A stretch of DNA of 64,000 nt from an uncultured virus (IMG/VR IMGVR_UViG_3300037137_003071). Lineage: Duplodnaviria > Heunggongvirae > Uroviricota > Caudoviricetes. The stretch is taken from the IMG/VR virus record IMGVR_UViG_3300037137_003071; one strand, written 5' to 3'. A program made the translations under genes and the position numbers. Numbering within the stretch: position 1 is the stretch's first letter; the number at the start of each line of letters is the position of its first letter. The notes under the pieces were generated by a model that saw only the letters and a list, made by a program, of their open reading frames with translations, was not told the DNA's origin and did not search any database. Positions 58,285 to 64,000 of this stretch are shown piece by piece.

Positions 58285-58850
58285 TCCTCATCGTCGGCGT
58301 TGGAGCGCTGGGCAGTCACCTGGTCCAGTTCATCCGCAACGAGAAGGTGGACATCAAGGTCATCGACTTCGATCGCGTCGAACAAAAAAATGTGATGTCC
58401 CAGTTCCACGGCAAGCCGGGCGTTGGCAAGAACAAGGTCGACGCGTTGAAGCAGACGATGGACTTCCTCTTCAAGAGGAACCTCCAGATCGTCAGCCACA
58501 AGCTCGTCGAGAACAACGTCGACGTTCTCATGAAGGGCGCGACACTCGTCATCGACTGCCTCGACAACGGCGCAGCTCGGAAGCTCGTGCAGGACTACGT
58601 GCGCAAGCACAACCTGCCGTGTCTCCATGGCGCGCTCGCGCCGGGCGGCGAGTTTGGCCGCGCGATCTGGGACGAGCTATTCGTGATCGACAGCGAGATC
58701 GGCGCGGGCTCGGCAACGTGCGAGGACGGCGAGTTCTTGCCGTTCATCGCGCTCACGGCGGCGTACCTGGCGCGATCGGTTCAGCTCTTCTTGAAGGACG
58801 GAAAGAAGATCGGCTTCTCGATCTCGCCTGTTGGCGTCGTTGCCATCTGA
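58281..58850 (+). CDS. Minimal E1/ThiF-family adenylyltransferase
   Basis: IVGVGALGS, IDFDRVE.KN, K, IDCLDN..AR, ATCE cysteine. Confidence 0.9.
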   Translation: MILIVGVGALGSHLVQFIRNEKVDIKVIDFDRVEQKNVMSQFHGKPGVGKNKVDALKQTMDFLFKRNLQIVSHKLVENNVDVLMKGATLVIDCLDNGAARKLVQDYVRKHNLPCLHGALAPGGEFGRAIWDELFVIDSEIGAGSATCEDGEFLPFIALTAAYLARSVQLFLKDGKKIGFSISPVGVVAI

Positions 58851-59043
58851 ACCGCTAGTGGCGGATCTTGGCACCGAAGACAATGTTGTAGCGGCCTGTC
58901 TACGCTGCAATCTCCTGCGTGGCGACATGCCCTATGAAGCGTGGCAGGTGCTGATACCAGCTGTGCGCGAAGTCGCGAAGGCCGGTTTGTTTGGAAGCTG
59001 GCGATCTTCACCGATCAACCGAAGAAGTACGCCAGCCGCGTAG
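58851..59043 (+). pseudogene. HNH endonuclease C-terminal remnant
   Basis: NVVAACLRCNLLRGD.PY..W resembles 56543..57124; no N-terminal half. Confidence 0.55.
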
Positions 59044-59082
59044 AGCACGATCTCGCTGGTCGGCACAATTACCAGCTAGTGT

Positions 59083-59111
59083 TTGACAACGGCCCCAGTA
59101 TCAACTAGGCT
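59083..59111 (+). promoter_or_regulatory. Sigma70-type promoter for the RNA cluster
   Basis: TTGACA-17 bp-TAGGCT, about 8 nt upstream of E3. Confidence 0.75.
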
Positions 59112-59118
59112 TTCACCC

Positions 59119-59262
59119 ACTCGGTCACCAACCGAAAGTCCTCACAAGCCCGGGTTCGACTCCCGACAGATTCCTGAAAAGGGATCTGATAGCCAAACGG
59201 TAAGGCACCTGTCTTGTAAACAGGCTGAAAAGCATCCAGGACTATCAACTCGGTGACCAAGT
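59119..59262 (+). ncRNA. Circularly permuted tRNA-chimeric RNA E3 (YrlA-like topology, UGU anticodon arm retained)
   Basis: Order: module 3' strand, T arm, loop-closed acceptor stem, D arm, anticodon arm, module 5' strand. Confidence 0.8.
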
Positions 59263-59266
59263 ATTT

Positions 59267-59394
59267 GGCGAACAAGGGACGTGGTGTCCCACTTTCCTCA
59301 TAAGAAAGCATCATCCGACAGGCTTGACTCGAACCCGCGAGGGTTCACTCCGATTCTGTCTACAAGCCGCGTGGTTCGACTCCACGGTTCGCCA
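59267..59394 (+). ncRNA. tRNA-chimeric RNA E4 (CAU anticodon, module in variable arm)
   Basis: GGCGAAC/GTTCGCC stem; CCGACAG..ACTC..CTGTCTACAAGC module. Confidence 0.82.
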
Positions 59395-59401
59395 CTGAGA
59401 C

Positions 59402-59517
59402 GCAGCCAATCTAGAGTGCTCACACGCATAGCTCAACGGTAGAGCATCGGCCTACGAAGCCGAAGGTTGGGACTTCAAAAATCCCTGCATTCAACCAAGC
59501 ACTCTTCACTCGGCTGC
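59402..59517 (+). ncRNA. tRNA-chimeric RNA E5 (Arg-ACG body with module replacing the acceptor stem)
   Basis: GCAGCC/GGCTGC and AGAGTGCT/AGCACTCT stems enclose D, anticodon and T-like arms. Confidence 0.75.
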
Positions 59518-59581
59518 CCTCTAATTTTTACTCCGTGCCGGTCCTGAGCTGGCGCGTAGCTCAGCTGATACGCCGCGAGCC

Positions 59582-59806
59582 TCACATCCTGAACTTCGCT
59601 GGCACGTTCGCTTCGACCCAGTCGGCAACCGCCGCCTGTGCCGCGCGTTGGCGCGCGTGATGCGCTCCTGGGTCGAGGTCGCCGGTCTTGGCCTGCGGGT
59701 ACTTCTTCGCGACGACCCGCCAGAAGGCTTCCAGTGCGTCCTCGGTCACGGAGATCACGAGGGACGCGGCGATGTCACGATCGAGCTGTGCGGGCGTCTT
59801 GGCCAT
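59582..59806 (-). CDS. Small hypothetical protein
   Basis: AGGAGG RBS; MAKTPAQLDRDIA motif. Confidence 0.6.
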   Translation of the reverse strand: MAKTPAQLDRDIAASLVISVTEDALEAFWRVVAKKYPQAKTGDLDPGAHHARQRAAQAAVADWVEANVPAKFRM

Positions 59807-59827
59807 GCCCTCCTACCGCACCCCTCG

Positions 59828-60526
59828 TCACGTCGTTACTTTGGGCGCCGTCGAGAGCAGGTACGACGGGTAGCCACGCTTCTTGTAGTACGTGTCGAAG
59901 GCGCGATCCCGCTCTTCCTCGGTCATGCCTGACCGCAGGCCAACGTCGCTGGCAAGCTTGCGCGTCTCGGCCAAGCGGCGCTCGCCCGTCTTGATCGTCG
60001 GACGTACAAGCATGAGGTAGCCGACTCCCAGGACGGCAGTCGCGCCGATCGCGATCTTCCACCATGGCGTGCCGACGGATCGATCCTGCGCTGCGTCCAC
60101 GGTCCCGTGGATCACCACGCTCGGCGCCGCCGTCTCGAGCCCCCACGAGGCTCCCGCACTCATCTTGAGGTCGTTGTAGCGGGACGCCCAGCTCATCAGC
60201 ACGAGAGCGGGGCCGCGATCGGCGCTACTGATCTTTCCCGCGAGCAACTGTGCGAGCACCTGGTCGCGCGCGACGTTCCAGGCCCTGACGAAGGGCACCC
60301 AGTACGTGAGCACGAAGTGCGACTGATCGAGACCTTCGCCCGGTTTCTGGCCAGCCGCGCGCCAGTCGGTCTGGTACTTCGTCGCGTAGTCGTGATCCGC
60401 CTGCTGGATCGCCGCATCGAGCTCGTTGACGCGCTCGCGGAACACGTAGGCATAGCTGCGGTAGAAACCTTCCGCTTGAGGGAGCTTGCTGACGCCGTTG
60501 CTGCCGATGTATTCGCCGCGACCCAT
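59828..60526 (-). CDS. Membrane-anchored helical protein, possibly a distant member of the Trp-rich family
   Basis: W.PF..AW...W..RY pattern, WW plus TM helix. Confidence 0.6.
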   Translation of the reverse strand: MGRGEYIGSNGVSKLPQAEGFYRSYAYVFRERVNELDAAIQQADHDYATKYQTDWRAAGQKPGEGLDQSHFVLTYWVPFVRAWNVARDQVLAQLLAGKISSADRGPALVLMSWASRYNDLKMSAGASWGLETAAPSVVIHGTVDAAQDRSVGTPWWKIAIGATAVLGVGYLMLVRPTIKTGERRLAETRKLASDVGLRSGMTEEERDRAFDTYYKKRGYPSYLLSTAPKVTT

Positions 60527-60779
60527 CTGAGACCTCCGGGATCTCGATTCTAGAGCATAGCGCTGCGATCCGTGCGAGTGTCCGAGCATGCACTGCCCCG
60601 GGTGCGAAGCAGTCATCCCGATCCCGGACATCGGCTCGCGCACGCCGCCGGGCACCGAGGTCGCCTGTACCTGTGGCGACGCGATCGGCGTCCTCTACAC
60701 CAAGCACGGACCCATCCTCAGCTGGTGGCGTCCCAGCCGGCCGATCGTCGTCCGTAACGGGATGAGTGACGAGTCCTGA

Positions 60780-61388
60780 ATGCCTTCCGCGCGGGCACCG
60801 AGAGCGTGGCTTCGACCGGCGATCCTCGGCGGCGGCATCTTCGCGGTGTTCGCGTGGCTCGGCCGACGTTCGCGCCCAGCGCTTCCACCCGTGAGGACTT
60901 CGGGTGTAACGCCGACCTCGATCAGTGCCCAGGGGACGCGCTTCATCGCGCAGTTCGAGGGATTTGATCCCAAGCTCGTCAACGATGACGCGGGGCACTG
61001 CACGATCGGCTTCGGGCACCTCATCCACCTGGGCCCGTGCAACGGCAGCGAGCCGGCCGAGTTCAAACGCGGCATCACCGAAGAGCGCGGGCTCGAGCTG
61101 CTGGCGCAAGAGACGACCGCCGCGGCCGAGGGCGTGTCACGCATCGTGACGGTTCCGCTCACGCAGACTCAATTCGATGCTCTCAGCAGCTTTACGTTCA
61201 ACGTCGGTCAGACGAGCTTCGCGACTTCGACGCTGCTGAGGCTGCTCAACCGGGGCGACTACGCCAGCGTCCCAGGGCAGCTTGGCCGGTTCGTCTTCGC
61301 GGGGGGCCGGAAGCTGTCGGGCCTGGTCGCACGCCGCGCGGCCGAGGGGCGACTCTTCTCGACGGGCGGCTACGGCCTCGGCATCTGA
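60780..61388 (+). CDS. GH24 phage-type lysozyme with N-terminal membrane anchor
   Basis: FEG...D..G..TIGFGH, QFDAL.SFTFNVG, GL..RR..E. Confidence 0.92.
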   Translation: MPSARAPRAWLRPAILGGGIFAVFAWLGRRSRPALPPVRTSGVTPTSISAQGTRFIAQFEGFDPKLVNDDAGHCTIGFGHLIHLGPCNGSEPAEFKRGITEERGLELLAQETTAAAEGVSRIVTVPLTQTQFDALSSFTFNVGQTSFATSTLLRLLNRGDYASVPGQLGRFVFAGGRKLSGLVARRAAEGRLFSTGGYGLGI

Positions 61389-61889
61389 TCTGATCAGATA
61401 TGCTCGTTCGCATGGACGGTCACGCCCTTCTCGGAGACATCGCGCTGTACTCCAGCGTCTGTGGTGACGGAGGTCCTTGGGGGTACCGTCGCCGCGGCAA
61501 GTCGCTGCCGGAGAAGTACCTTCCAGGACGCTTCCTCGCAGGCATGCGCTCCGACGCTCGCGCAGATGTCGTACGCGCGGTCAACGCGACGAAGACGTCG
61601 CCGGCACCGTGGTTCCTTCGCTACGTCGTCGACGAGGAGGAGCCGCGCGTCGCCGTGCCGCCGCTGCCGGTCGATCGCCGCTGGAGCTGCCGTGGGCGTT
61701 GGTCGACGCCGCCGGCCTCGGTCGCGCGGCGCCGCAAGATCCCGAGCTAGCTCCTGGGTATCCTGTCACCCGTGTCTTGGGCAGCACACGCGCCGCCTCG
61801 TGAACACTGGGTGCGAGAGCACCCACGGTCTACTGACGGGCACTTGCAGCGGCCTTACGCCGGCACGCGGGCTGCTCTAGCTGTTCGTC

Positions 61890-62621
61890 ATGAGCAAGAC
61901 CAGCAAGCGTAGCAAGCGGTCCCGCGGTACCACCGATCGTTCGGCCACCACCGACGTTGTCACCCAGCTCGAATGCGCCGTCCGCAATCCCCACGCGGCG
62001 CTGATCGGCGCCGTGATTGGCGGGCTCGTCCCGTGGTTCGGTCGCACGCTCGCGCACGAGGAGATTCCGTCGACCTGGTCGGCCGGTTACCACGGGTTCG
62101 CGACGGTGATGATCGCGGTCGTCCTGGGCTGCGCATGCTTCTCCGCGATCTCCGTCTACAAGTTCGGCAAGGCAGCGTTCGGCGACTCGCGCAAGGCTCT
62201 TGGCTTTGTGCTCGCCCTGGAGGGCGTGATGCTGGTGTCCCATGGGGCCACGAGCAACGTGGCGCTCGGGGTTCTGATCTTGATCAACGCGGTCGCGAAC
62301 GGATCAGTGATCGCCCTTTCGCGCGACGCGACCAAGCGCCGTTGCGAGGCCGACGCACGCCGCGCCGCGACGCGGGCTCGCAGTCGGACCTCCGCGCGCG
62401 GCACGACTGCCGAGCAGCCCGCGCCGCAGCCCGCGCCGCAGCCCGCGGCTCCCACTCGTCAGGCCCCGGCCGTCGGTACGTCGGCGCGGCGGCAGGCTGC
62501 TCGCCCCGCGCGCCCCGCGAGCGCGCCTGGTCTGGTGATCACGGCGCCGTGGCGCCGCGCGACACTCGACGACGACGTGATCGATGCGGAGATCGTCTCC
62601 GAGCAGAAGTTCCTGGCGTAG
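61890..62621 (+). CDS. Multi-pass membrane protein
   Basis: Three to four hydrophobic segments. Confidence 0.6.
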   Translation: MSKTSKRSKRSRGTTDRSATTDVVTQLECAVRNPHAALIGAVIGGLVPWFGRTLAHEEIPSTWSAGYHGFATVMIAVVLGCACFSAISVYKFGKAAFGDSRKALGFVLALEGVMLVSHGATSNVALGVLILINAVANGSVIALSRDATKRRCEADARRAATRARSRTSARGTTAEQPAPQPAPQPAAPTRQAPAVGTSARRQAARPARPASAPGLVITAPWRRATLDDDVIDAEIVSEQKFLA

Positions 62622-63034
62622 CGCCACGGTGACGCTTGCCAGAAGCTCGGATCCGGCATACTCGCGGGCAGATGTCTCGAATGCCGCTCTTCTCGGTGGT
62701 GATCTACATCGCGACACGCCTCGCGCTCGATGGCCAGGTGGTGGACAAGAGCATGGTGGAGCTGTTCGGTCGAGCTGGACTGCATCTCGCCTCGCGTGAC
62801 ATCGCTGCGGACGATGGCGAGCACGTCGATGACTGAAGAGGCCGCCCGCACGCGCACACCCGAGCAGTGGGCGTACGGCGCGATCTTGGACTACTGGGAT
62901 CGTTGGAACGCCGCTCGTCGATCGGTGTGGCGCAAGCGTCCGCGTCGGGGTGGATCAGCAGCCCTCGCCTTCGCGCTCGCGGCAGCGACTTCGGTCGCTC
63001 CAGGCGTGCCGCAGATGCGGTACAACCGCGGTCG

Positions 63035-63379
63035 ATGAAGCTCGAAACGCATGAAGGGCTGATCGCGGGGCCGGTGACCGCGGACGTCATCGCGCGAACC
63101 GTCGCGCAGCTCACCGAGGTCGGCAAGGCGTACGTCATCCTGGACGACGACGTCGACGCCGAGACGTACGTGCAGGCCGCCGGCACAGTCGGTGAGGACT
63201 TCATCGTCGAGCGGCGCGACGGCTGCGCGGGCGAGCACTACCGGGGTGATCGTCGCGTGACGGCCGACGAGCTGGCCGCGATGCTCGTGGGTTGTCTGCA
63301 CGGAACGACGGACTGGAGCCACGTCATCTCGTGGCATCACGTGCGCGTCGACTTTGGTGCCGCGAATGCGAACGCCTAG
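63035..63379 (+). CDS. Hypothetical acidic protein
   Basis: YVIL...YVQAAG...VE.RDG...HY pattern. Confidence 0.5.
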   Translation: MKLETHEGLIAGPVTADVIARTVAQLTEVGKAYVILDDDVDAETYVQAAGTVGEDFIVERRDGCAGEHYRGDRRVTADELAAMLVGCLHGTTDWSHVISWHHVRVDFGAANANA

Positions 63380-63603
63380 TTGCTCTCTCGCTCGGCCGCA
63401 GTGGTGATGCGGCAAGAGCAGCCCTTGCCGGGGCGCTCCGCGGTAGCGCGCGCCTACTGCGCCGCCGCACGTCGGGCAGCTTGACGATCGCAGCCGCTTG
63501 CGCTACACGTGGATCTCCTCAATGCGCACGTTTCGCTTACCCGCTCGACTTCGCTCGCTACGCTTGCCGGCTTGAGGCAGGCGTAGCTCGCAGCTTGTCT
63601 TGA

Positions 63604-63675
63604 GCCGGCGTAGCCCAATGGAGAGGCAGCGCGCTTAAACCGCGTCCAGTGCGTGCTCGAACCACGCCGCCGGCA
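63604..63675 (+). tRNA. tRNA-Leu(UAA), short variable loop
   Basis: Cloverleaf, A73, atypical T loop. Confidence 0.75.
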
Positions 63676-63678
63676 GAC

Positions 63679-63754
63679 GTCGCGGTAGCCCAACCTTGGT
63701 AGAGGCGGTGCGTTGAGCGCGCACTGGTTGCGGGTTCAAGTCCCGCTCGCGACA
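63679..63754 (+). tRNA. tRNA-Leu(GAG), short variable loop
   Basis: Cloverleaf, A73. Confidence 0.85.
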
Positions 63755-63818
63755 CGAGGAGGAGGACACGTTTTTCGACCGAGTCCCGAAAAAGATCACC
63801 GATCCGTTTACGTTTTTC

Positions 63819-63894
63819 GCCGACGTAGCCCAATTTTGGTAGCGGCAATGGTTTCAGACACCATTCAGTCTCGGTTCGAGTCCGAGCGTCGGCA
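63819..63894 (+). tRNA. tRNA-Leu(CAG), short variable loop
   Basis: Cloverleaf, A73. Confidence 0.85.
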
Positions 63895-63905
63895 CGTTAT
63901 TTTTG

Positions 63906-63978
63906 GTCGTCGTGGCCCAACGGCAGAGGCGCCCGATTCAAGATCGGGAAGTTGCGAGTTCGACTCTCGCCGACGACA
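63906..63978 (+). tRNA. tRNA-Leu(CAA), short variable loop
   Basis: Cloverleaf, A73. Confidence 0.85.
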
Positions 63979-64000
63979 CCGAGTCCCGCGCGCTACGGAG

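Noticed and set aside
58281..58850. ThiF/MoeB for thiamine or molybdopterin synthesis
   Set aside because: No thiG, thiS or moaE context; neighbours are JAB and Ubl-like genes

Overview
High-GC window with no cellular housekeeping genes, most consistent with part of a very large bacterial virus or virus-like extrachromosomal element. No terminase, portal or HK97 capsid gene is recognisable here, so the element type is inference. (1) 1-15.7 kb: co-oriented, mostly membrane-anchored, paralogous and domain-shuffled unknown proteins, plus galE and an SLT-like muramidase. (2) 15.8-32 kb: a surface-glycosylation block (GT2, GT25, FkbM, beta-propeller glycosidase-like proteins, 2OG-Fe(II) oxygenases, cupin) interleaved with six collagen-like genes sharing one N-terminal leader. 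(3) 32-46 kb: accessory genes (LAGLIDADG endonuclease, biotinyl domain, intein-containing short RadA, dual-specificity phosphatase). (4) 46.5-52.7 kb: an array of 32 hand-folded tRNA genes invaded by HNH genes and studded with non-canonical tRNA-like RNAs. (5) 52.7-59.5 kb: a Ro60-like TROVE-vWA operon with a candidate ubiquitin-like conjugation set (E2-like, JAB, Ubl, E1), AlkB, HAD and HNH genes, followed by a promoter and three tRNA-chimeric RNAs. (6) 59.6-64 kb: GH24 lysozyme and a second tRNA cluster of four short-arm tRNA-Leu genes. The most striking observation is one conserved ~55-60 nt RNA module (CC-stem-ACUC-stem / stem-AHYY-stem-YACAMGC) present five times and grafted onto tRNA bodies in three topologies: variable-arm insert, circular permutation and acceptor-end fusion. 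These copies flank the Ro60-like/Ubl operon and are a candidate new Y-RNA-like system. All calls come from manual motif reading and folding; no searches were run.
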